Below are positions 52,754 to 64,000 of a stretch of DNA of 64,000 bases, piece after piece. Below the pieces are notes generated by a model that made no database searches, was not told the origin of the DNA, and worked only from the letters and a program-made list of their open reading frames with translations. The number at the start of each line of letters is the position of its first letter. The stretch's first letter is position 1. Source of the DNA: Euglena gracilis (taxonomy: Eukaryota); NCBI GenBank assembly GCA_039621445.1, contig CP154954.1:49765847-49829846 (forward strand), read 5' to 3'. A program made the translations under genes and the position numbers.

Positions 52754-53537
52754 GGCAAGTTAACAGAAAAGAATGAAAGAGACTGCGGTGGAAGGAACCC
52801 AGCGTCGCCTTCTCGCCAAGAACACCAAAAAGAAGCCCGCAGTTTCCCGTTGGGGAAGGTTTCAAGATCCCAAGGGTTCTAGGGTTTTGCATCTGCGGGG
52901 TTATTCAGACATCTGGAATCAAACATCTGAGGCCAATATCCAACCTCTCGTACCAAGTCCCGCTGGCTCATTGGCAAGCATGTTCAAGAAGCCCGGGGCC
53001 AAATTTGGGGGAGGGGGGAATGCCAAATCCAACGGCCAGAGGGGGGGTTAGTGAGCCATCGGAGGAGGGGGGTGGGGGGACCCCCTTCCAAAACTAGGGG
53101 GGGGGGGATGGGGGATGGGGGACCCCCCCTCCTACGTCCCAATTTCCGGTCGCCGAACCTCTCGCCGTTGAGTGCAAAATTTCGGTCTTTTTGGAGGGGG
53201 CAAAAAAACTAATTTTTCTGAAATTTCTCAAAAATGGTGGGGAATCCAAGGAAATGTCCGGAGAGCTAAATCGAAGCCCTTAAAATGCCCCATTTAACAA
53301 CATTTTGATTTCCTCGCAACTATCTGCCTAGCTCGACCATTTTTCTGTGAATTTTGGTCTTTTTGCCAAAATTTCATATTGAGCCTCAAGAGGGTCCTAA
53401 AATGTGCACCCGGCGAGAAACACCGGAAGATTATTTTTGCCCCAGCAGAGGAGGAGGGGGACGTTGGGGACCCCCCTTCGAAACTAGTGGGGTGGGGGTG
53501 GGGGGACACCCCCGACCTCCCCTGGACAACCCTGATC

Positions 53538-53885
53538 ATACATACATACATACATACATATACATACATACATATACATACATACATACATACATACATA
53601 CATACATACATACATACATACATACATACATACATACATACATACATACATACATACATACATACATACATACATGCATGCATGCATGCATGCATGCATG
53701 CATGCATACATACACACATACACATAAACACACATACGTGCATACATATGCATACATACATGCATGCATACATATATACATCCATACATGCATACATCCA
53801 TAGATACACACATGCATGTATGCTGCATCCACCCACCCATCCATCCATCCATCCATTCATCCATCCATCCATCCATCCACCCATA
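53538..53885. repeat. Compound (CATA)n/(CATG)n/(CATC)n microsatellite
   Basis: Read directly from the sequence. Confidence 0.95.
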
Positions 53886-56502
53886 CATGGATGCAATGAA
53901 TATTTGCATTTTTTTTAAAAAAAACGCACCGATTTTCTGCAAATTTTAACAGGTAACTCTGTTCTTTGATCCACAAAATGAGCTGTATTTTCCGTTGCAC
54001 GTCTCTTCTTGGCACTGCTGGAGGGTTGGGTGAATATATGTTTGGTCGGAAATAAAGACCCGAGGGAAAGGTTGTTATTTGATTCATGTCCATGACCGGT
54101 GGCGACCCGTCTGTATGGAGCAAAATTTGCTATTCCAGGACAGGGAGTGTTTAGCAGGGGTCCCAAAATCTTTTCTGGCGCCTAATCATTCTCATAAAAT
54201 CAGTCCCCGTGGTCCTTCTGGAACAATGGCACGGGAACTATTTTTTTTGGCCGAGATCGATGGGTCTTGATCCAGTGAGTGGATGGTGGGTTGCTGACTG
54301 GCTTTCAAGCAAGCCTCAAATGTCGGTTTTTTTTGTCAGGGTTTTGGAAAAGTTATTATTCACCTTAAATTTGGAAAATCTGGCCGACCACTGGAGCAAT
54401 GGAAAAAAAATCAGCCGGCCCTTGAAAAAAAAACCCAAACATCAACCTTGCTATCGGAACCGCCCAAAATTGATCTGGGTTGCCTTGTTTGCAATCCTAA
54501 TTGGTCCTCTGTGGCCAAAGGGTGTGTTATTGAATGAAGACACACTCTGGGCATGTCACTGATCGGCTGGCTTGGTGAAACCTATTGCCCGTAATGCAAC
54601 ATATATTTGCAAACCCCAACCCAAACCCATCATCATCATATCAATTCAGCAAAACGTCGTTTGTGGCTCTTGACAGATGCCATGGAATCGTGTGCCCCCC
54701 CCTGCCCTGAATTGTGCACGCCCCCCCCCCCCTCACAACAGAAAACCGACTCCCACTTCTTTCATTGCGTTGAAACAACTGCATAGAGACAAATAAACTT
54801 CCAGGGGCGTCTTAGCAACGCAGGCGCCGCCTGGGATTCCAGTTGCCAAACGAGATGGCGGGGGCGTGAGGTGTGAGAGGGTGCTAAGAGGTAACAAACC
54901 GATCAGAGATCAGGCCTTTTTCCAGACCCTCCAGGGGGTTCCCCCCCACCCTTTCCAGTGTGGAAAACACCCATTGGAAATATCCCTCGCAATCCTATTC
55001 TTCATTGTTCCTCTTAAGAACTTTTGGCCTTATATTTTTTGGGTTGGCCTCAGAAAAATCCCTCAAAAACCACATCACTGAATAATTATTGGCCATTTTT
55101 TCTGGTGCTTTGCGCCGGAAATGTTCGGCACTTCGTCCCCATAATGCAGGAGGGGGGGCTTGGCCTGAACACTTCCAGGAGAAAGAGGCAAAAAAAGCCC
55201 GAGTGGAGTTTATGGGAGATAGGGGCCACGCAAAGGGAGGTGGTCCGACTCGGAAGTCCACCGTGTGCCGAACGAGAGAGCGAACCTGGGTGCGTGGCTG
55301 TGTGCCGTGTGCAATGGGCCACTGGAAATGCATAGGTAAACGACCTTGCACTGGCAGGGGTGGAAAACAACAACACAAACGAGCCCCCCAAACCTTGATG
55401 GCGGGGGAGGTCCTGCCACCATTCCATTGCAGCCCCGGCACACAGCGGGGCAGATATATCCCGATACCCAGCCCGGGGGATATGGCGGCGGCCCGGACTT
55501 CCGGTGCTGGCTACGCCAGTTACGTCGCCCAGGCTGGTCCGCCTTGGGATGCAAACCCTGGGGGAGGGGGGTGGGGGGTGGGGGGCAGACCATCGGCAAC
55601 GGTCGCAGGAGGTTGGGCGTCGGTGAGGTGCTGTGGCCCCATGCGTGAGGGGAGGGGGAGGGGTGGGGGGCGAGGAACCCAACGGCTGGCTCCCACGACG
55701 ATTTTGAAGGAAAGAATACCTCAAAAAAAGAGAGGTGGATGGGGATAGCGTGCAGACACCAATATGGTGTCAATCTGTGGCAACCTGAGGATCATCCAGG
55801 ACCGTTCAGGGTGGCATAAAAGGTGACCAAAAATTACCCCTCCCACCTCCCCCCTATCCAACCCCATCCCCCTGTCCAACGGTGGGTGATCTGTAAGACA
55901 AGGATTAATTTTCAACCCGAACCACGAGGAAACCTTCGAAAAGGTGTCGGGTTGTTAATTATAGGGGTCGGTGGGCAAAGGGGGGGGTGGAAAAAAAAGG
56001 GGCATGCTCATCCAGGGTTGCGCGTGTGGTGTGTACGAGGGCAAATGGGGTGCAGCATGTGGGAGAGAGCGCCTTGGGTGGGTGGGTGGAGGTCTACCTA
56101 ACCAATCTGGGTAAACTGCACTCAAATGCCAATTCCAAAGAATGTGACATTGCGTCCGGGGCCCGAATGGGAAGTTGGAGGGGCACTTGCTTCTTGTTGC
56201 ATGCTACCGTGTGAAAAGGTGCCGACATCACCCCAATTTTTTTTAAAACCGGGGGAAGGGAGTCCCCCCAACCCATTTAGGCGGCCAGATTTGCACACAT
56301 TTTTCTTTAGAACAGGCGCACTTGCGCAAATTTACCAGAATTTCGCGGAGGTGCAGTTCAGGGATGGTCCCTGGTTGCATCAGTCAAAATCTCTTTTCGC
56401 CCAGAAATAAAACGCAGTCGGTCAGGTAATTGTACAAGTGGGACCCCAGGGGGGATCGCCGGTGAAACCCTGCCACAAACATACACAAATATTCATATAA
56501 AC

Positions 56503-56902
<400 letters not shown>

Positions 56903-59810
56903 CCCTGGGTGCAAAGCCTGGGCCACGGGGATGCCCACCCCGCAGTGCCGGCACCGCGTGGCAGTGCGTGCACTGCGTGGCACTGCGGCCGGTAAACCAC
57001 TTGGTTTTGCATCATTGGTTTTTTCGGGCCATCAGGGCAATTCTGGTTGTTTTGTGCAACTTTTTGCCCTTTTGGGCAAATTTGACCATTTTCTGGCTAG
57101 AAATGTCGAACAACGACAAAAAAATGCCTGCATAGAGCTACATCATTGAAGGTGCTTGCATGAGGGTTAAATGGGTGCCATGCAGTTCTGGCACTGGGTG
57201 GGCTTCCCCCCCGACTGAAAGTAAGGGCGGGCGGCCAACAACCTCAGGGGGCCCAAATTTAAGTTTGCATGAGGAGGATTTTGACGGGCCATTGAAAAAT
57301 AAGCCAAACACCTGAAAAACGGGGCCGAGATCGCAAGTTTAGGCAGAAGGTCAACTTTTGAGAGGCCAAATTTGCATAAAAAAGGGGGCCAAAATCCCCT
57401 GGGGGGGTCAGTAGACTAAACTGCCTGTTAAACTGCAAAGTAAAAAGCTCATGTTGAAACGACATGGGATGGCACAGGGATCTTTCAGGCTGATCTGGCG
57501 TGCCCAAGGTGCAGAATGGAGCACCCTGGCAACGTTCCGGGACGGTGTTTGATGGCCAAAGGTCACCAGCAGTTCCTGCGTGCAACTGCGCAGACCTCGC
57601 GTAATCACAATATGCGGAGGAGGTTCCCCTTTTGAAAAAAAAATCCGAACATCGAAAATCAGGCTGATGCTCCGTAGATTTCCTCTGCAAAAAAAGCTGG
57701 AAACGGACAAAAATACAACACAGATGCACAGGCAACCCATGGCACACACCTACAGACGTGCGCATGGACATATGCAAGCATGCACATCACAAACATACAC
57801 ATACCCTTCGTTTGGGAAGAGATGGGTTTGGTTGAGAAAAACACATTGCAACCTTTGCTCTATTGCCTTAGAAAGAGCACGGAAAGCAATATTAAGCAGT
57901 CAAATCAGTCAATCCACCCCTGGAATGTGGCGGAAGCCCCATCAAGCAGCTGCATGACAGAGCTTGGTCAAAACGACCGAGGGCATTTAGGATATTGGGG
58001 GGCAGGAGGCTTCAAGCAGGGCGGCCCATCCTTCGTTTGCCTCTCCGTGACCGCAAGACAGCTAACTGGAGGAGGGGAGGGAAGCCGCCCCCTCCCCCGC
58101 CGGTTTATTATTTGGACATCTGAAGCTCCATCAGTCGCACTCCCAACCCATGGCAATGTTCAGGGATGTTCACGCAGCATGCGCCAACACCTTACTGTGT
58201 CAACAAAATGGGATGACAAATGGACAGCAACGAAAAATAAACCTTGTTCAGGACATTCCATTGCTTAGGGACCCCAGGGGGTTCACTGGCTAGCCATTTT
58301 GCTAGACACTGGGAAAAAATGGACTAGCCAGACCCCCCCTACTGGTGCTGGGGTCATACAATTTTTTTACCGACCCCGGGGAGGGAGGCGGGGGTTGCTC
58401 CACTCTTCGAAAAACCAGTCAGTCACTTTTTTCGGGAAACCAGTCAATCACTATCCCCCCCCCCGGGGGGTCGGCCACTCAGAAAAACCGGCCACTTTCC
58501 AGTCACTTTAAGCCATTTTAGGCCCACAAACTCCCCTGAGGTCACTCAAGCCACTTTTGCCCACCCCTGGCCGACACCCCCCCCTGGGGGGGGGGAGGGG
58601 GTTTGGGCCCAAAACCAATCAGTCACTCTGAAAAAATCAGTCAGTCACCCCCCGGGGTGGGGGTCGGACAGTGACGAAGTGTATGTCTGGGGTCCCCCCG
58701 ACTGGAAAAAACTCTCCTCCGAGGCTGCGCATCGAGGTGGAAATGAGTTTTTAAATGCATTTTTGGCTGTTTTTGTTCAAAAGAAATTCCAAAACTGGCC
58801 AAAAATGGGCATTTTTGGGCCAGTTTTGGCGGTTCAAAAAAATAGCACCGATCAGTGGAAAAAAATTCAAGGGGGTCTGCTGGGAATCCTGCTGTCCAAA
58901 TTTGGACGAGCTGCAGTCCAGCCCCCCCCCCCCCCCCCCCCCGGTACTACGAACCAAGCAACAGACTGTTCAGGACCTTTTTGAATTTGGGGGGAACATC
59001 GGGTGGTTGGAACATTGCAGAAAATTAGCGGAAATTTGCATTTTGAAATTTGCAAATCACGATATGAATCACGCTCACTTGTCCACTTAAGATTTTTTGC
59101 AGGCATTTCATTAATGTATTTTTTTTTAAACAGCTCATATTCCAAGTTCTGAAAAAATGGCGATCGTTTTCGGGCTTGTGGCCACAATTATGCAAATGGG
59201 GAAAACAAGGATATGAGACACGTCTCTGTGGGACATGTTAGCGGCCCCAGAAGTCATAGAGGACACTTTCCCATAGGGGGATATGCAGGTTCTATTTCAT
59301 TAAATGCAAATGGGGCAACAGGCCCATCAACTGAGTGAAAGGATGAGCCTTATGAGTGTGAGACACCGAGCCAAAAGCCAAGCAAAGTTTTGCGAGACTG
59401 GAACGCCAAGAGGGAGAAATTGAGTGGAAAAAAGCAACTTTGAGACTGGTGGCGTGCAAAATAATATACATCAAACAGTCATAAGAAAAACTGCGAATAA
59501 GGAAACAAAGCAGGATTTTGATGAGGTCGGAGTCAACAACAGAGAAACGAGATAAAATACTTGCCATTTGTCAACCTCCAAAAAGTTCTTCGAGAACAGC
59601 AAGCACAAACCAAGGATGAGTCACTCGAGTTGCTGCCCCCTCCCATCAGGCACACCTCTCAGACGACACCAAGTTGCCCTTGCCATACGGCAGCCCACGC
59701 GTGGGCTGCGCTCGGGAGCCGCAGGGCGGCGAAGGAGAAGAGAGGGAACACTTATGCAGTGGCGGCCATGTGCGGCCGCCTCCGGACGTGTGGACTGGCA
59801 CACAAGCCCT

Positions 59811-62800
59811 TCAGCAGCCGACGAGGTTCAGGTCGCGGATGATGTCCAGCAGCGCGCTGTCGACGCCGAGCACCGACTGCAGGAACCGCCGCGCCGCGGA
59901 GTACTGAGGCACTGCCTCCTCCTCCGCCAACTCCTTCCCGGCCAGCGCCTTGCCGGAGGGCTGCTGCCAGCGCGGCCCTGCACTGTACGCCCACGGCCAA
60001 ATAGGTGGAAGGAGTGGGCGGGGTCTCTACAGGAGCTGAAAGAAAACCCCAGCGATTCAGCAAGGTCACAAGCATTTTTGGATGGGCGCAGCCAACCAAG
60101 AAGTGAAATTTTTCTTTTAAAGACCACAAATAATGACACCTCTCCATGGTGGACGGCGTTCGGTAGCAGCCAGCTGCGGCGCAAACCAACCAATGAAAAA
60201 AAATGACAAAAATTGATGAGGTTTTTTTACAAGCATGAGGTAAGGGTTGATATTCTAATTCAAACAGTTGACCAGTTTACCCAAAAGCCACCCAACATTA
60301 CCGTTGCTCCAACCACACTAATTTCGGTAACTTCTATGGTTGGGACCATGGTAGGCTGCGGCCAACCTCAGTGTCCAATCTACAAGCAAAGGAAAAATTC
60401 GGCTTCATGGTTCGCAGTGGGAGCCAGCCGTGGCCGGCCGCAATTCCAACCAACATGAATGAATGCTTGCAGTGGGCATTTCTCACCACCTATGATGCAA
60501 TCTTCCGGGCTGTTTAAGCCATCTTACCCCCCCCCCCCGGGCAATTGCCACGTGACAAATTGGGCAGCATGGAGGGGGTGACAATTTCCCGTGGGGTGAC
60601 AATTTGGTCGGCACAGAGGGGGGGTGACAATTGCCCGGGGGCGTCAATTGCCCACCCACATAGGCCACATTTAAACCAAATGACCAAGAACACCATCTGA
60701 AACAAAAGTGAACACAGGAAAAATGCAGCTATGGTCATGATATTGTGCAGCGTTTGGTATGTGAAAGTTCTTTGCACGTTGTAGCGAAATAGAAGATTAA
60801 TCGAGTCATGTCAGCAAAAAGAAAATTCACAGTGCAATACTGCAAACAGGGGGTGACAAATTGGGCAGCACGGAAGGGGGTGACAATTTCCCGGGGTGAC
60901 AAATTGGCCGGCACAGCCAGGGGTGACAATTGCCCGGGGGTGTCAATTGCCCGGGGGCGTCAATTGCCCGGGGGGGCGCGGGTAAATCACTTTTGGTAAC
61001 CATGTGGGTTGTTTTGGCCTCTGCCACCCTTCATAACAATCGGAAAAAATGCGCTGGTTGGCTGGATGACCTTGGATGGTGGGTCAACCATTTCAGCCAC
61101 CTTTGAAAGTGACCACGCGACATTTTTAAAGAACTCGTCTGGATTTTCCAGCAACTCAGAAATCAGCAAATCACCTGCCTGAAAGAGGAGGCACAAATAC
61201 CCAAAAAAACTAAAAAGATGACTCTGGACGGATTTAGCAATTTGACACCGGGGATTTTGTCAGGAAATCCCCTCCCCAATACACAGATGGGGGGGGGGGC
61301 AAGTTCGCCAAGGGTAGCGCTGAACGCCAATGGTAGTCCTCCTCCTCTTCCTCCGCCGGTGCCGACTTGTTCCGCATGCACTCCGCGAACCTCTCCAACC
61401 CCGCCGTCACGTCCGGAGCCTTGGGACCAACGGCCGCCGCGGCGCCGGGGTTGCCGCTGGGGGACTCCCCCCGGCCGGCCTCAGCCACCGCGGGGGCCAC
61501 GACGTGCTGCACGGACCGCACGGCCGGGGTTGGCACGGGGGCCGGGGCGAGGCCTGGGGCGGAGATGGCGACGGCCTGCCGCGTCGGGCTGGCCACCACG
61601 ATGGGGCCAGGGGTCCTACCGCCTCGGTGGCGAGGGGAGCCCAACCCGGTCGGCCATGAGGGTCGGAGGCGGTCGGGGAGGGAGAGATTCATTTAACACT
61701 TGTCGACCCCCCCCCCGGGGCAGTGGATGGGTGGGCTGGGGCCGCTGGACGCCCCCCCCCCCACCCCCCCGCCGGGGGTCGGGTGCGCCATGGATCAGCC
61801 TTTGGCCCGAAAGTTTCCTTTTTTAAGGATTTCGGCCGTGGTGGTGCCCCTGAGGGGGGGGGGGTTGTGGTTGGGAGGGTTTTCGAAAAAAAAAAATTGG
61901 TCAGTGGGTTTGGGCCACGGAGGACAGTGTCCACCCTCCAGGGGTCACTGCCCCCCTATATCCAAGGGGGGGAGGTAGGTGGATATATGGCTGCGGGTTC
62001 TGGTGAACATTCAGCAATGACAGGACCGGAGGGGTGGCCCTGGTCGGGGTGCAGCTTGTTGCACTTGGCGCCGAACTTGCACTGGCCGGTCATGGCCCAC
62101 ACCTCGCAGATCTCCCGCCCGGCCTGCGCCTCCACCGCCTCCGACAGCTGCTGGTACGCTGTGAGGTCCGGGTGGACGAAGCGGCACTGGGACCTCTGCG
62201 GCCGGCATATCACACATTCTAGTTTAACTCTGTGAAGAATGAAATGTGATGACTGCCGCATCAAATTCCAAAAAAAATCTTCAATAAAAAGTCTTCAATT
62301 ACCGACTAAACCCGCCCCCCCCCCTAATAGAAGTGCAGGGCTGCCACAAGCGCAGGGTCAAAATAAAAGCGCACCCCCCGCCGTCGAAGGCGGCGGTCCA
62401 CTACAAGTGAACACCCCATTTCGATGGAATTCTTAAAGGAAATCAACCGGGCAGGAAGGGTCCAAATAGAAGCGCATCCCCGGCTGCCAGCAATCCGCTA
62501 TGAGCGCACCCGCGCTTCTATTAGGGGGGGGTTAATCTGTCGGTCAAAATCCATCGATCCTGGCTCAATTTGACCAATCCCAGGAGGGAGGGGGGTCTCA
62601 GCACCCAAGAGTGCCTGAGCAAGCAACCCCCCCCCCGGAGGGGGGGCGGTGAATGCCTGGGAGTGGAGGGGGTGGTACCAATGATTGCTACTGATAACAA
62701 TATGTTCAGACCACACACACGACCCCGTTCCCAGGAAAAGTGTCACCCGGCAGTCCGTCATCGGAAACGTCACGCCGAGCTCAGGCCGCTCCCGCGTGCA

Positions 62801-62899
62801 CTTCCCCTTCAGGTAGTCGAGGCACACGCCGTGCCCGGCCTCCACCTTGGCCTTGCGGCCCCTCCGCACCGCCGTCGAGACATGGGTTGTGGGCGCCAT
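59811..62899 (-). CDS. Tandem CCCH zinc-finger protein, paralog A (intact, 227 aa, 4 exons)
   Basis: Model: complement(join(59811..59962,61326..61602,62046..62188,62788..62899)) = 684 nt, open from ATG to TGA. Translation begins MAPTTHVSTAVRRGRKAKVEAGHGV. ZnF1 is CLDYLKGKCTREQCRFVH (C-x7-C-x4-C-x3-H, muscleblind-like) and ZnF2 is CEVWAMTGQCKFGAKCNKLH (C-x8-C-x5-C-x3-H, TIS11-like). These are followed by an Ala/Pro-rich linker and an acidic patch, ending ...FLQSVLGVDSALLDIIRDLNLVGC*. Introns are non-GT-AG with paired ends (GACCAG...CTGGCCCC; GTTCAGCGC...GCGCTGGCAGC). The intron-1 acceptor could alternatively be 62194, adding RS. Confidence 0.88.
60527..60982. mobile_element. TA-flanked MITE in intron 3 of paralog A (absent from B)
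   Basis: Ends C(n)GGGCAATTG...CAATTGCCCG(n) with TA on both sides. GGGGTGACAA repeats. The empty site in B is near 50165. Confidence 0.75.
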
Positions 62900-62945
62900 G
62901 GCAAGTTAACAGAAAGGAATGACAGAGACTGCGGTGGAAGGAACC
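62900..62945 (-). promoter_or_regulatory. Candidate spliced-leader trans-splice acceptor upstream of paralog A
   Basis: The minus strand reads TTCCTTCCACCGCAG|TCTCTGTCATTCCTTTCTGTTAACTTGCC-ATG and is conserved in B (52754-52800). C has a pyrimidine tract plus CAG at 44830-44875. The function is inferred from euglenozoan biology. Confidence 0.4.
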
Positions 62946-63088
62946 CGGCGTCGCCTTAACCTTGCTTTCCACGCCTCCCTCTGGCAGAACATCAAGAAGA
63001 AGCCAGACAGTGATTTACTGTTGATGGAGAAGGGTCGCCACTCCCTCGTATCGCACATGCAGAGCCCCATCACATGTGCGACACCCAT

Positions 63089-63373
63089 CAGGCTTCTTTT
63101 TAAGACCCCCGGGGGGGGGGGGAGGGGGGGTCCCCCCCACCCACCCAGGGTGGCGCGGGCCACCGCCGGGGGGGGGGGGTCTGGGGACCACCCCAACATC
63201 GGGCCCGTTAAAGGCAATTTTCAAAAAATTTCGGCGCTTCGCGCCGAAAAGGTATACCCAGCGCCTCCGGCGCGGGACCCCCCCCCCCCCCCGGGGGGGG
63301 GGGGACCGGCCCCCACCCCCCCACCCACCCCCCCCGGGGGGGGGGGGGGTCAGGTGACTTAAAAAGAAGCCTG
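63089..63373. mobile_element. hAT-like MITE family 3, free copy (inverted relative to 27692-27977)
   Basis: Perfect TIR CAGGCTTCTTTTTAAG and perfect 8-bp TSD ACACCCAT. Confidence 0.9.
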
Positions 63374-63837
63374 ACACCCATACACCAGAGTAAATTGAGA
63401 GGTTCGCACGGGTTATAAATATACACCACTACTTTTTCGAGAACTGTGTCCCAGGCACCGGCTTCACGCCCGAACCGGCGTGGGATACATACATACATAC
63501 CTCCCCCCCTTGTCTAAGCACCGGAAAAGATGGGTAAGAACTGGGGGGGGGGGGGTGCTTAGACAAGGGGGGGGAATTTGACTGCAAAAAAAAAATCCGG
63601 CGCTTCGCGCCGAAAAGGAAAAATTCTCCTTATTTTGGAGGTCCAGTGTTGAACTTACACACATTTGGATGCAGAAATCAACAATACCTCACCAAATCAG
63701 GTCTCAAAAGTGAAATTTCGAGATTTTTGAGAAATTTCCCTTAAAAAATGGACACAAAATAAACCTCCCCGTGACGATGACCTTTAAAAAGATGGGTAAG
63801 AACCGGGGGGGGGGCTTAGACAAGGGGGGGAGGAGGT

Positions 63838-63935
63838 ACATACACAGATACACGCATACATACATTCATGCATGCATACATACGTACATACACATACATA
63901 CATACATACATACACGCATGTATACGTACATACAT
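63838..63935. repeat. (CATA)n microsatellite
   Basis: Read directly from the sequence. Confidence 0.9.
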
Positions 63936-64000
63936 AACCCCCCCCCAATAATAAACCCCCCGGTTTTTTTTTGGACACCTGAAGTTGGGGTCCAGGGGGG

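Noticed and set aside
55089-55773. ORFs of ~190-220 aa on both strands
   Set aside because: There is no recognisable motif and no counterpart in the duplicated B unit. It could be an unrecognised repeat or exon, but I cannot support a call.
59963-61325. Canonical GT-AG reading of intron 3 (begins GT, with CAGCAG near the end)
   Set aside because: Either AG gives a frameshift, and paralogs C and D begin this intron with AG and GA. Only the CTG+5 cut keeps the frame.

Overview
This is eukaryotic, repeat-rich DNA, most likely from a euglenid, judged from intron structure. The minus strand carries a tandem array of four paralogous genes (D 10560-16721, C 37909-44813, B 48328-52753, A 59811-62899). 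Each encodes a ~210-230 aa protein with two CCCH zinc fingers. None of the introns can be read as GT-AG. The genes reconstruct in frame (B apart from one apparent frameshift) using the euglenid nonconventional-intron pattern exon|NNN-CAG...CTG-NNNNN|purine, with base-paired intron ends and a few variant junctions. The main finding is that four introns, each found in only one paralog, are insertions of four different terminal-inverted-repeat (TIR) elements with CA(G/T)...(C/A)TG ends and 8-bp target-site duplications (TSDs), i.e. hAT-like. The 3+5 nt spacing of the splice motif removes exactly one copy of the 8-bp TSD, so splicing restores the ancestral exon. TSD identities are 8/8, 7/8, 6/8 and 6/8, and every mismatch lies in the intronic half. 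Free copies of three of these families and a decayed hAT transposase lie in the same window. The rest is nested MITEs (8-bp TSD and TA-TSD classes), microsatellites, a minisatellite, telomere-like repeats and a recent segmental duplication. Most ORFs in the supplied track are shadows of repeats. All splice models are inferred from DNA alone, without transcript data.
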